Below, piece after piece: positions 40,265 to 53,378 of a DNA stretch of 64,000 nucleotides. This DNA is from Octopus vulgaris. Lineage: Eukaryota. The DNA lies in assembly GCA_951406725.2 (NCBI GenBank), contig OX597819.1:90148001-90212000 (forward strand), in the 5' to 3' direction. The position numbers and the translations under genes were made by a program. Position 1 is the first letter of the stretch; every line of letters begins with the position of its first letter. The notes below the pieces were generated by a model, which searched no databases, was not told the origin of the DNA, and was given only the letters and a program-made list of their open reading frames with translations.

Positions 40265-40859
40265 TCAATATAGGGTGGCAAAAAAATTTTGTAGAATTCT
40301 TTTGCCACCAGCGGCCTAGTGGGAAAAAAATTAAATAGTCATAAACCATTTTTAAGTTCAACATCAACAATCAAGGAACGGCCATAATAGGCCATTCACC
40401 CACTAGAAATAACAGCCAAAAGCTTTTACCGCAAAATAACATTAATTCCGTAAACCAGGAGAAAATTGAAAAACATTTACCCTGTAATTTCTTAGACGAT
40501 GCACCGTTTCATCTACGTTTAATGGTAAACTAACCTGATTAAATTAAATCAAGTCAATCCACCATAGGCCCTTAGACTCATCAGTAAGAAATAGCCAAGT
40601 CGGAACAGATATTTTTCACGAGGCATTCCTCTTGCTACCTCGGCAATATCTGACCTAAAATTTTCAAATCGTCGCACTCGCGCCAAATTTATCGGCAGCA
40701 AATAAATATAAGCCACCGATTCCATTACGGAACTAACCAGAAAATTCATAATTAATCAATATAGGGTGGCAAAAAAATTTTGTAGAATTCTTTTGCCACC
40801 TTACTGATGAGTCTAAGGGCCTATGGTGGATTGACTTGATTTAATTTAATCAGGTTAGT
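40260..40859 (-). mobile_element. Retrozyme-like / Penelope pseudo-LTR insertion (partial tandem, period 491 nt, plus an inverted fragment)
   Basis: Identical 50-nt direct repeat at 40260-40309 and 40751-40800, with an internal hammerhead. 40800-40859 is an inverted copy of 40529-40588. The element is CpG-rich and lies next to a (TA)n tract. Confidence 0.7.
40487..40592 (-). ncRNA. Type I hammerhead ribozyme with intact core and extended helix II
   Basis: The minus strand reads ATTTCTTA-CTGATGA-GTCTA...TAGAT-GAAA-CGGTGCATCG-TC-TAAGAAAT. This gives an 8-bp helix I, canonical CUGAUGA and GAAA boxes, a near-palindromic helix III and a GUC cleavage triplet. Confidence 0.85.
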
Positions 40860-41396
40860 ATGAGTCCTGGGGCCTGGGGTTCAACACAAGTGTAATGAAA
40901 GGAGGAAACACTTGTGTAGAAGAGGGATGAGTCTAACAAGAACTTAAAAGTAAAGGCCATTTTAGCTGCAATGGAAAAGGTAGAGAGAGCAGACAGCTCA
41001 CCTGTAAGCCAGGGAATCCATTCTCTGGCTTACAGAGTATGGTTGTGAGTGACTTTATGACAATCAGTTTGGTAACTTTTTCTGGGTGGGCCTTGGATAT
41101 TTATTCAGCAGCACCATGCAAGAATTGGAAGCAGTACCCCATGTGGGCTGGAACTACACTTTGTAAAGTGCCAGCAATAGCTTGGGGCTGTAAAGTTTGT
41201 TTTTCTGTTGTTGATTACTGACCTAGTTGATCACTTATCAACAAGGTGCTACTGTTTAATTAACTCCATTTAACATTATTTATGTCATGATCAACTGGTG
41301 CTCAGTTAATTACATAAATATGTACTGGACAATTTTATAGTTAATTTGTTTTAGAATTATGTTATAAGATTCTTACTGTGAATATTTATTTTCTAG

Positions 41397-41443
41397 TGTG
41401 TGTGCTGTTTACACAGGATCCTGGAAGTAAGAAATGGACTGAG
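41397..41443 (+). CDS. CPNE8: Copine internal exon, 47 nt: (M)CVLFTQDPGSKKWTE
   Basis: Acceptor tttattttctag| and donor GAG|gtgagt. Phase 1 to phase 0, which links the two flanking exons in frame. Matches the copine pattern CVL......W.E. Confidence 0.9.
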
Positions 41444-41779
41444 GTGAGTTTATAATCTTTTTTAAACACAAATTTCTCTTGAAAGTTAAATGATTGGTAT
41501 TATAAATTGCCTCCATTATTGACTTGAAATATCTGCTTTTCAGAAACATTTCATACACATGTGCTTGAAAAATAGACAATGTAGAATGTTTTGTAAAAAA
41601 ACATTTACACACAAAAGCATGACTAATCAGTGACATTAATGCTTGACTGATTTCATAAAGCCTCAGATTTATGAAGAGAACTGGCTGCATGTTATGACCT
41701 TGTTTTAGTAACTACCAGTTCAATTTCTAAAGAGTAGTGATTTCTTGCAATGTTGTTGCCTTTGATATCAGAAATATTT

Positions 41780-43870
41780 TTGGCCATATCTAGCATAAGA
41801 ACCTTCTAGCTAAGATACTTGTCTAAGGACTCAATTTGTCATTAGTTGAAATGGAATATTTTGTGTCAGACCAATCCATGGGAGCTCTCTGATACACATT
41901 CTATCAACCCTAGTGTGCAGTAGCATCATAGAGAAAGCCTCCAGCTTCATTGCCTGCTTTGCATCCAACTCCATGTTGCAAACACTTAACAAATTTCTTC
42001 TAAATCTTTCCCCTTCCACCCTTTCAGGTCAACTACCTTGCATTCACATGCCATGTCAGAAAGTAGTTCCAATCGGTTTAAACCAAAAAAGGTCACTGAC
42101 CCCAACAATATCCCTTCAATTATCTTCAAACATTGTACCCTATTATATTCATGAAATATTTCAGTCTCTCTCTTTCTTCAGCAATCTATTTTGATCTTTG
42201 GAAACACTACAGTGTGTCTCATTCTCAGGAAAGACAACCATTCTGACTCTGCGAACGATAACCCTATTGCACTCACATCCAATACCTTCTGGTTACAGAG
42301 AGAGACATTAACAATGATATAATGATGTGCTTCAGCACCTTAATAATGACCAGTACAGATTCTATAAAACTACACCCACTGGTGACACTTCTATATCACA
42401 CACCAATGGGTTCTTGCTTTGAAGATATTTGACAAAAGAAATCATAGTGTCATTTGATATCATTAAAGCTTTCAACCATGTCAAGCATGCAAATCTCCTA
42501 CTGAAATTGCCTATGTGTGAACTCTGTTCATTTTTCCTTTTTTTTTTTTTTTGATTAGGAGTTTTTTATGATTTCACTCTATCACAACTTGTGTTGTCAG
42601 AACTCTTTCTGTTCCTCAGTCTATCAACTTCAGTCAGCCCCAGGGTTTGGTTTTTGCTGATCATTCTTTTCTACACATCAATGACCTACTTGCCATCATG
42701 TCCAACAATGCCTACTCTTACCCAGAAGATACCTTTCTTCATCTTTCCCTCATCTTACCCAATCATGTATCATCCACATGCAACTTTGCATCACACATAA
42801 AACATGTATGGATTCCATGGGAAAAGACCTTGAAAGCATTCTCCAATGAGGATATGTCAAACTTTGTCTTTTTCAGCAGCAAGGAAACACAAACACTACT
42901 CAGGAACAATAAAAAAAATCTTCACACCATACAGTTAGAGCCCTCACAATTGCTACAAATGTTAGGATTCACTCTCACTAAGGATCTCTCTTGATGAAAG
43001 CACATCCTTAACATAGCAGGAGCCACTTCCAAATATCTGACCCTCCTATTTAGAGATAGAAGTTATTTCAATCTTCAACAGGCACAGGAGTGGCTGTGTG
43101 GTAAAAAGCTTGTTTCCCAACCACATGGTCCCAGGTTCACTGCATGGCACCTTCAGCAAGTGTCTTCTACTATAGCCTCGGGCCAACCAAAGCCTTGTGA
43201 GTGGATTTCGTAGGCTGAAACTGAAAAGAAGCCTGTCGTATGTATATATGTATGTATGTATGCATGTATGTATGTAAGAATGTGTTTGTGTGTCTGTATT
43301 TATTCCCATAACTTAGTGGTTTGGCAAAAAAAACTGATAGAATAAATACTAGGTTTACAAAGAATAAGTCCTGAAGTTGATTTCTTCAACTAAGGATGGT
43401 ACTCCAGCATGGCCACAGTCAAATGACTGAAACAAGTAAAAGAAGTAATTATCGAGTCTCTACAAAGCTTAGGTGAGGCATACAATGGAATATTGCTCCC
43501 ACATATGGGACAGTACTGCTGCACATTCTAACATTCTAGTGTAATCTGGAAATGCTTCCCTGACTGATTGGTATAAATAAAGTCACTCAGGCATGATCCA
43601 CCCTCTGGCCTATGGGTGTGCTGTCTTCTCTCTCTGCCATTTTTATTGCTATTATAATGGCCTCTGCTTGTTGGTGCTGGCTGAGCTCATACCATCTTCA
43701 TTCAAGCTTTCTTGTCCTTCTCATCATCCTTGTTGTACCCAACTTTCCAGCTATTTACTAGCCACTACACCTAGGTCTTCCTTCCAAGAATGTTGACTCT
43801 CTGGAACCCTTTCGTCCCTACTAATTTTTTTTTTTTTTTGCAAGTTTTGACTTGCTGTGGTTCAAGAAGA
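41780..43870 (+). mobile_element. Decayed CR1/Jockey-group LINE interrupted by a SINE (43080-43445)
   Basis: Traces of PIALTS, DIIKAFNHV.HANLLLKL, PQG..F.LHINDL and LYKA.VR..MEYCSHIW across frameshifts. Confidence 0.65.
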
Positions 43871-44163
43871 AAATTAATATCATCAGTTTCACTGGTTTAG
43901 AGATCCTCCAAAAGTCTTGACAATGACTCTTCCTCTGGACTGAACAAGTAAAAGGAAAATAACAATTGGGTCAGAGTTACAGGTTACTAAAAGCAATTAT
44001 TACTATAGTAGCTAGCCCCAACTCATCTGTGGTTAAACAAAACTCAAATCAAAGGTGTTCCTCACAAAATATCAGATCTTGTGCTTATGTGAGAAACATA
44101 GGTCAATTGTTTAACTGAATCATTAAGGAGTCAGACAACACCCCTTGCAATATTTATTCTAAC

Positions 44164-44850
44164 TAAGGTGGTGAGCTGGCAGAATTGTTTAGCACACTGG
44201 ACAGAATACTTAGTGATATTTCATCCATCTTTGTTTTGAGTTCATATTCGCCTAGGTTGACATTGCCTTTTATCCTTTCTGGGTCAATAAAATAAGTACC
44301 ACTTGAGCACAGGGGTTGATATAATCGACTTTCTCTCTCCCCAAACTTACTGGCCTTGTGCTAAAATTTGAAACCAATGTTTCTTCTATCTTTTCCGTGC
44401 TCTATATTTCTATTATCATTTCTCCTCCAAAGTTAACTTCTCCTTTCATCCTTCTGCAGTCAATAAATTAAACTACCAGTCAAGTACTATAGTCACTTGA
44501 ATTGATTGGTCCTCTCTCTTCAAAATTGCCGGAGTTGTGCCTATATTAGAAACAATTGTCATTACCATTACTGTAGAGTGACTTTGCCTTTCATACTTCC
44601 AGGGCTGGTAAAATAAAATACTAATCAAGTACTGATGTTAATGGAATTTACTAGACCTTCCCTTTAAAACTGCTGGCATTGTGCCTAAATTATTAGCAGT
44701 TATTATCATTATTACTACAGATTGACAATGACTTTGCTTTCCATTCTTCTGTGGCTGATAAACTAAGCACCAACCAAATGCTAAAGTCAATGTAATCAAC
44801 TGTTTCCTCCCACCACATTTCTGGCTTCATTCCTGTATAAGAAATCCCTA
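44164..44850 (+). repeat. SINE family B copy followed by three 3'-half units
   Basis: Repeated (G)ACTTTGCCTTTCATCC...AAGTACCAG...TGGCCTTGTGCCTA units of ~125-150 nt. Confidence 0.7.
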
Positions 44851-46475
44851 TTATTGTTGTTGTTCTCCATGCTTGGTGCTTCCATTTGCGATTCTGTGTT
44901 AATCCACACCATTTCTGTAATTCGTTCTTGTAATGCCCTTTCAAAACTTTTGTGATTAACAAGGAGATTATTATTATTATCATTATTTTAAAAATTCCTT
45001 TTTATCATTCTTAACATAGAATGAATTCTGAAACAATACCCCCATTGTCCGTTACAATTTACCTTTCTTGAACAAGTATTTACTGCCCTGACATACATCC
45101 TATAGAGAAAACGTCCTGTTCTCCTATTGTAGTCTCACTAAAACTCTGCCTCAGCAAAGGACATTTGTTTCTTTATATTCATTCAATTCTGCAAAACAGC
45201 TATTTATGATTTGGTTGATATTTTCTCTTGACTATTCAAACAAAATGTATAGCACATGAATTAAAGTATTTGATGATTGTAGGAGAAAATACTAACCTTC
45301 TATCATAGATATGGTAGAAGCAGATAACAATCTGTAACAAATCAATATTTAATAGTAATGCTAATGCCTTACAGAAACACAGAACTTTGAAAGCCATTTC
45401 CCTGTATGGCTTCCTTTCCACCAACTAACTTCTCTATTTTTTTAGTATATTTTTGTATGAATTTTTTTACCATTTTGTTTTTTTTATTACTCTTTCTGTT
45501 TGCTTTCTTTTTTATTTGTTTTATGTTATTTTTTTGTTTTGTTTTATTTCTGAATTTACTATTGCTATGGTTTCTAGAATATAGAGACATATTTGTACAT
45601 TGGTATGAAATGCTATCAAAACTTGGAACAAATAACAATCATGTCACATATTTTCCCCAATTAGCTATGATTAATTGAAAGGAAAAAAAATATATCCCTC
45701 ATAATCCTATTAATAAAACAGGGAAAAAAATATTTAAAATAATTAAATAAAACAACATCCCAAATTTTAAACCTGCTTGCAGATTTTTCATTAACTCAAT
45801 CCTGGGAACTCTTCCATCAGTATTTAGTCCTTCTATTTCTCTTTCTTCCTTCTTTTTTTCTTTTTTTACTCCTGTAATGGCTGAAATAAATTTAATTCTA
45901 TCATATTTCTGATTTAGGAAAGAGAATAATGTTGGTCTGATGAACAATTTATCAATATGAAATAGTTTAAAATATTCTTCAAAACATAATGTAGAAACAG
46001 TACTCATGATCAAAAAGAAGAAAATGAGAAGCAAATAAAATGTCACAGAAATTGATATTGTTAGCATTGAGTCTTTTTTTAAAAGCCATTTATGAATTGA
46101 TTCTTTTGTTCATCATCATCATCATTTAGTGTCCGTTTTCCATGCTGGCATGGGTTGGATGGTTTGACTGGAACTGGTAAGCTGGAGAGCTGCACCATGC
46201 TCCAGCCTGTCTTGACTTGGTTTGTATGGCTGGATGCCCTTCCTAATGCCAACCACACCACAATGTGTAACACCTGCCTTTTTTGGGTTACTGGCATGAT
46301 TGCCTTTAATGTGTCACTGCTGACTTCAGTCACTGGGCTGTGACTATACTTTAATAGTTTACCTGATCATATCAAGTAGTACTTATTTTCAAGTCTGGAA
46401 CTTACTATATTGATATCGACTTGTTGAACCACTAGGTTACAGGACACAAGCAAACATGAAGATGGACATGAACAC

Positions 46476-46525
<50 letters not shown>

Positions 46526-47317
46526 TATATGGTGAACTTCAGTACAGTTTTTGTCTACCAATTTTACAAGATATTGGTCCACCTCAGACCTTAGAAGGCA
46601 CATGCCCAAAGTGCCATGTTGTAGGACCAAACCCAAAATCACATGTTTGCTTTAACCATTTAAACATGCTTAAGTACTGGTACTTATCCTGTCGGTCTCT
46701 TTTGCCAAACTGCTAAGTTATGGGGACATAATCACACCACCATTGGTTGTCAAGCAATGGTGGGGTACAAATACAAACAAACACACACACACACATATAT
46801 ACTCACACACATGATGGGCTTCTTTCAGTTTCTATCTACCAGATAGAAGGCTTTGGTCTGCCTGAGGATATAGTAGGAGACACAAGGTGTCACGCAGTGG
46901 GGCTGAACCTGGGACCACGAGATTGGGAAGCAAGCTTCTTATCATACAACCTTACCTGCACCTATAAATTATGTGCCCTAGGTGAAGATATGCCTGGTAT
47001 TTGTTGTTTGATCACTGGTTGGATGTAAGGTAAATTCAAATCTGGCCGGATATGAATGAAAAAGGCATAGAGGGATCATGATTTTGATCATCATCATCAT
47101 ATTTTGATGTTTATTCTTCCATACTTGCATAGGTCAGATGAAACAGATTTTCTATAACCAGATGCCCTTCCTGTCACCAACCTTTATAACTAGACATGTT
47201 TTTCATGGAAGACTAGAAACGAACAACATCACTTGTGTGTTGATGTTCTTTTACTAGCATCACATGATGTCAAGACAAGGACACGGACACACACACATAC
47301 ATGCATACACATGCCAA

Positions 47318-48020
47318 ATGCTGCAAAGCAAAATTGAGAATTAATGTTGCAAAGACTGAAACATTTCCTGTGCACTTTACATCGCTGAGACAAGAGAAGT
47401 TTAAGTTCCTCAATGCTTTATTCACAAGTGATGGGAAGCATGAAGCTGAATTGGATGCTAGAATTGCAGATGCTGGTACAGTAATACACCAGTTCCAGCA
47501 TTCAGTCTTCAGAAGAGGTGAGTTTGGTAAAAAAAAAATTAAAAAAAGGCCAAACTTGCTATCTTCAGTTTGGTTTTTGTGCCTATCTTCATTCATTTTT
47601 GGTTATGGATGTTGGTTAATTACTTAGAGAGTAAGATCACAAATACAAGCAACAGAAATGGGGTTCTTATGAAGGATATCTGGAGTAATGTTACTTGATA
47701 GAGTGCATAGCTTGGTGATCAAGGAGTCTCTCTAGATTGAGCAGCTACTTCTCTGCATTGAAAGGTCACAGCTCCAGTATCACTGACATGGGATTAGAAT
47801 GTCACAGGAAAGAATTCACCTGACAGGGTCTTCAAGTTGAGCCAACCAGCTGGACAGCTAGAAATAGATCAAGAATAAGATGATTGGATGATATCCAGAG
47901 TCTCAGTTGTTCATGACTGAGACTCCAGCTAGGAGTCTCACCTAGGAGGGCTCTATCCCAGCTAGGAGGACTCTATGCCAACAACTCTCCTAGGAATAGT
48001 AGGCAGAGATGATGGATGGT
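47318..48020 (+). mobile_element. Decayed RTE-clade LINE 3' portion
   Basis: FKFL..FTSDGK.EAELDARI..AG, then QIQATEMGFL.RISGV.LLDRV and IERSQL, with stops. GAT-type tail at ~48008. Confidence 0.75.
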
Positions 48021-48919
48021 TGAAATATTATTCTGCTTGTCACTACAAGTATCTGTTAAGCTTTTGGCAACTTTAACAATGGAATGAAATCAAATACCTC
48101 ATCAAAATGTTTAGCTTAATGAAAATGATATTATGAAGTTCTATAAACAAAAATAACATTTACAAAATTTGGAATTTCTACAGGTTCCACAAGTGATGTA
48201 ATAAATAATAAATTTTGGCTTCAAAGACTGACATTACGCCAAAGTCAGGAAATCATTTGTTAACCTCTGACACTTTTACAAATGGTTGTCTCCGGAAATT
48301 TCTTATGGTAACTGATTTATTTGGGATTTTTTTTCTATTTTTATAAATATTAATATTTATATTTATATAAATTTTTTCACACGTTCTTTGATGCCATACT
48401 TCAGGTAAATTCAACCTTTATATTAATCAGTGAATCACATCAGTTGATCACACAAAATATATTCTTCGGTTCATTATTTAGCTATTTGGATTTCCATTTC
48501 TTTTAAATTAAAAAAGATTTTTAACCTGTTTCTTTTCGCTTTTACTTCTTTAGTTTGTTTTTAGTCCTTGGGTGTTTATTTTTTGTTATCAGTTTTTTCA
48601 TTTCTGCCAGTTAAAATTATTTTCTATTTTAATAAAATCTTTCCTTTTTTAATTTTTTTCACACTTCCCTTTCTTCTTATCACTCCACTTTCTTCAGTTT
48701 CATCCTACTCTTCCCATCTTCTTACTTTTAGTTATATGTGAAATCTTCATATTCTCCTCGATCTCCTCTTCTGCCTCTTCCTATCATTCCACCTCCATCT
48801 CATCAATCTCCCCTTCTTTCTCTTCCTCCCTCTTTTCTTCTTCTCCCCTCCTCTTCCACTGCATCCTTTCCAGTCTCCTTTTTCATTCTTTCCTTTACTC
48901 TTTTCTTTTTTTCAAGAAG

Positions 48920-49043
<124 letters not shown>

Positions 49044-50124
49044 GGTGATGAGCTGGCAGAGTCATTAGCACACTGGACAAAATACTTAGCGGTATTTTGC
49101 CCGTTGCTACATTCTGAGTTCAAATTTTTCTATGGTTGACTTTGCCTTTCACCCTTTCAGGGTCAATAAATTAAGTACCAGTGAAATTCTGGAGTCAATG
49201 TAATCAACTAGTCCTCTCCCACCAAAATTTCAGGTCTTGTGCCTCTAGTAGAAAGGATTATTATTATTATTATTATTATTAATTCCACTAAGGTCAACTT
49301 TTCCTTTCATCCCTTCAGGGTCAGTTCACTCCTCTCGCCACACATTCTGCATTTGTCGCTATCAGTAGTGTTGTCTATTCTGCACTTCATATAGATGGTC
49401 CTTCATACTTGTTCCTGAGCTGCACATATGTGTGCATTTGTCTCTATCTTCAGGTCACTTTTCCTCATCTACAGCCACCAGTCCTCTGTATCTGTCTTGG
49501 CGTTCACATCTCTTGCAAACTGACTGTACATTTTCTTTACCTTCCATGCTTTTTCTTTCTTTTTTTGTTCATTTCTTGTTTAAACTTTTCTTTTATTATT
49601 ATTATTATTGTTGTTGTTGTTATCTTTAAAAGGCTGTTTTATCTTTCTTTTCTGTAATTCTTTGGGTTTTTTTAATGACCAGTAGAAATCCATTCATTGA
49701 CATTGTGATGTGTTCGTTTGTGCATGTGTGTGTGTATGAGTGCATATACTGCTTTCTTAAATTACTAGCTATTTCTGTTGTTAATTAGTTGATAAGCAAT
49801 ATCTATGCAATTCACACACACTCACATTGCATGTATGTGTGTATATATATATACATATATTACCTTCTATCTTTACCTGAAATCATTGACAGTTTTAAAA
49901 TATTTTAATTTCCTAAACTTTAATGCAAACATTTTCTTTCAGTAGATTTGTTTATTCCTGATAAAATCTATTATTTCAAGACCATTTTTTTTTCATCCAT
50001 TGCCTGGTGGAATTCTGTGTTCTGTGGGGGTCTTTTTTTTATTTATTTACTTTTGTTTTATTTACTGTTTGGAAGAGTAGAAAGGTGTTTATGTTATATC
50101 TAATTTGTCATCATCATTCATCAC

Positions 50125-50157
<33 letters not shown>

Positions 50158-50826
50158 ATTGTTCAATTTTCCATTGTTGCATGTGTCTGATGGAATTTGT
50201 TGAGGCAGATTTTCAATGACTGGATACCCTCCCTGTCACCAACCCTCATCTGTTTCCAAGTAGGATTAATATTTCCCCATAACCAGACATGTTTTCACAT
50301 CCTGGAAAAAATAAAAGGATGCTGCTTGCATTACATTAACATTTGTTTGCAACTATCACTTGATGTCAGGGCAAGGAGATAGTAACTGGCAATCTGTCAG
50401 TTACGATGACAAGGATTCCAGCTGAGCTGATCGATAAAACAGCATTCTTGTCAAATTGATATGAGTGCTTCACCAACATGCATACCTTTAATGTAGTTCT
50501 CAGGGAGATTCAGCGTGATACAGAGTGTGACAAAGCTGGCCTTTTGAATTACAGGTATGACTCATTTTCGCCAATTGAGTGGACTGGAGCATCATGAAAT
50601 AAAGTGTGTTGCTGAAGGACATAATGTGCAACCTGAAATCAAACTCATGACCTTACAATCATGAGCCAAATACCCTAAACACTAAACAACATACCTTCAT
50701 TTGACAGTAGCACACACACACACACAGAGTCATATATATATATATATATAACAAAGTGGAGTTGTAAGGTACCGCACAAGTGGGATTATATACAAAAGAA
50801 GGTTTGAATTGCATTTTCAAACCTTC

Positions 50827-50829
<3 letters not shown>

Positions 50830-50890
<61 letters not shown>

Positions 50891-50910
50891 AGAGAGAGAG
50901 AGAGAGAGAG
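50830..50910. repeat. (TA)n(GA)n microsatellite
   Basis: Seen directly. One of dozens of TA/CA/TATG tracts in the window. Confidence 0.95.
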
Positions 50911-50917
50911 ATGACTG

Positions 50918-51110
50918 TCCCTTGTGCCGGTGGCACATAAAAGCAGCCACTACACTCTCAGAGTGGTTGGCGTTAGGAAGGGCATCAAGCTGTAGAAACT
51001 CTGCCAGATCAGATTGGAGCTTGGTGCAGCCATCTGGTTCGCCAGTCTTCAGTCAAATCGTCCAACCCATGCTAGCATGGAAAACGGTCGTTAAACGATG
51101 ATGATGATGA
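50918..51110 (+). mobile_element. RTE-derived 3'-tail repeat ending in (GAT)n (others near 9730, 39810, 46109 on -, 51345 and 57330)
   Basis: GTGGTTGGCGTTAGGAAGGGCATC.AGCTGTAGAAAC...CCATGC.AGCATGGAAA..GTTAAACGATGATGAT. The same tail follows RTE coding sequence at 30620 and 59645. Confidence 0.8.
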
Positions 51111-51931
51111 TACGTATACATACAAGAGGCTTCTTCTAGTTTCTATCTGCCAGATCTGACTTACAAGGCTACAGCAGAAGACATTTTCCAAAGGTGCTAT
51201 GCAAAGGGATTGAAACCAGAACTATGTGGTTGGAAAGCAACCTGCTTAACCACCCGGCTATGCTTGCATCTATGTTGTATTGTGGGAGTTTTTCTGTTGT
51301 TTCTAATATTGTTCTTGGTCATTGTAAATGCATTGTACTACAGCAAATTCTTGAGAAGACCTGTCAAGCCAAGTGAGATCGCAATCATGGCCAATACTGG
51401 TGTTTCTTAACTGGCAACCATGCTGGTGGCATCTAAAAAGTACCCACTACACTCTTGGAGCAGTTGGCATTAGGAAGGGCATCCAGCTGTAGAAACCATG
51501 CCAAATCAGATTGGAACCTGGTGCAGCTTCCCAGCTTACCAATTTTCAGTCAAACCATCCAACTTATGCCAACATGGTAAACAGACTTTAAATGATGGTG
51601 ATGATGATGATGGTGATGCATTGGGAGATGCATTAGATATTCTGTCTGAACGAACTAACAGTATTTTGTGAATGTGCTAATGTGTAATAGGGGGTTATTT
51701 TTTGGATGGTATATATATAAATGTTGGTTCTGTTACTCTGTTTATTCATTTTCTTTCTTTTATTTTCTTTTTCATTGTTATACACAGTGAACCAATTATT
51801 TTAAGGTATTAGACAGTTTTTTTGGAAGGTTTGATTTGATGAGAAGAGACTGATAAATGTCTGTCAGATCCCTGTCACCCCCTGTAGGTTTTTCTTTTCT
51901 TTCTTTTATTTTCTTTTTCATTGTTATACAC

Positions 51932-52315
51932 AGGTGCAGGAGTGGCTGTGTGGTAAGAAGCTTTCTTCCCAACCACATGGTTTTGGGTTCAGTCCCACTG
52001 CATGGTTCCTTGGGCAAGTGTCTTCTACTTTAGTCTCAGGCTGACTAAAGCCTTGAGAGTGGATTTGGAAGAAAGAAACTGAAAGAAGCCCATTGTATTT
52101 ATATATATATATATATATATGTATTTGTGAGTCTGAGTTTGTCCCCCATTGCTTGACAAATTATTGTTTATATCCCCCTTAGCAGTTTAGTAAAAGAGAC
52201 CAATAGAATAAGTACTAGGCTTACAAAGAATAACTCTTGGGGATGATTTGCTCAACTAAAGGTGGTGCTCCAGCATGGCCACAGTCAAATGACTGAAATA
52301 AGTAAAAGAATAAAA
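51932..52315 (+). mobile_element. SINE family A full-length copy
   Basis: Same head, CORE-like region, microsatellite and tail as the 28286 copy. Confidence 0.85.
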
Positions 52316-52774
52316 CAATACACACACATACACACACACGCACATGTGCAAGCAGAGCTTTGTGGTTAAGAAGTTTACTATGCAGCTACGTGGTTTTCAG
52401 TTCAGTCATGGTTCCTTGAGCAAGTATCTTCTACTATAGACCTGGACAAACCAATGCCTTGTAAATTTGGTAGATGGAAACTGTGTATGTAAGTGTATGT
52501 GTGTCTTTGTTTGTTCCTCCACACAAACATACCATTTGACAACTGGTGTTGATTTGTTTATGTCCCTCGTAACCTAGTGGTTCAGCAAAAGAGACTAATA
52601 GAATAAGTACCAGATTTTCAAAATAAGTACTGGAATTAATTTGTATATTCTACTGAATTCATCAATATAGTTGCCCTAGTATTTGTAACCTCGTTTCGGT
52701 ACCCACTTGAACCAATATTTTCCAAAATGTACATATGATTTGAGACTCAATCACTTGGCTTCTTGTTTATGATG

Positions 52775-53378
52775 TACATAAGCACACAACTTTAGGTAGC
52801 AGCTCAAGTTGTTTTCATGACCTATATAAACACAAATTCTTAAGTGATAGCTCAACTTGTCCTTTATGACTAACATAAACAAAATATTTAGCATAGCTCA
52901 AATTGTCTTTTAAAACCCACAAAAACATAATGTTTAGTGGTAGATGCATTTGTTGTCATGACCCACATAAAACAAGTTTTAGTGATATCTAATCTTGTCC
53001 ATAATAATTTACATACATGCAAAATATTTAATAGCATTTCAACTTGTCCTTCATGAGTAACATAAATGAAATTTTTAGTGGCATCTCAATTTCTCCTACT
53101 TGTTTTACATAAACACAAAATCCTTAGAATACAGCCCAGTTTGTCTTCATGACCTACACAGCACAAAATAAATAAAATCTCTTGTTGCTCTCAACTTGTC
53201 CTTTATGATCCTCATAACCATGAAATATATTTAAAAGCATTGCAATTTGTCCTTTAAGACCTGCATAACAAAAATTTTGTAGTGATGGTTCTGCTTTTCT
53301 TCTTGACCAAAAAACACAATGTTTAGGGCATCACAGCTTGTCCATCTTGACCTACATAAAATCTTAAGTGATATCTCA
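52775..53378. repeat. Degenerate minisatellite, ~12-13 units of ~46-50 nt
   Basis: Unit ~GCTCAACTTGTCCTTCATGACCTACATAAACACAAAATATTTAGTGATA, starting at 52802, 52850, 52896 and onward. Confidence 0.8.

Noticed and set aside
40549-40749. 66-aa ORF inside the ribozyme element
   Set aside because: No recognisable domain, and it overlaps the ribozyme; likely a chance ORF.
52775-53378. CRISPR-like periodicity
   Set aside because: Eukaryotic context, whole units are repeated with no unique spacers, and there are no cas genes.
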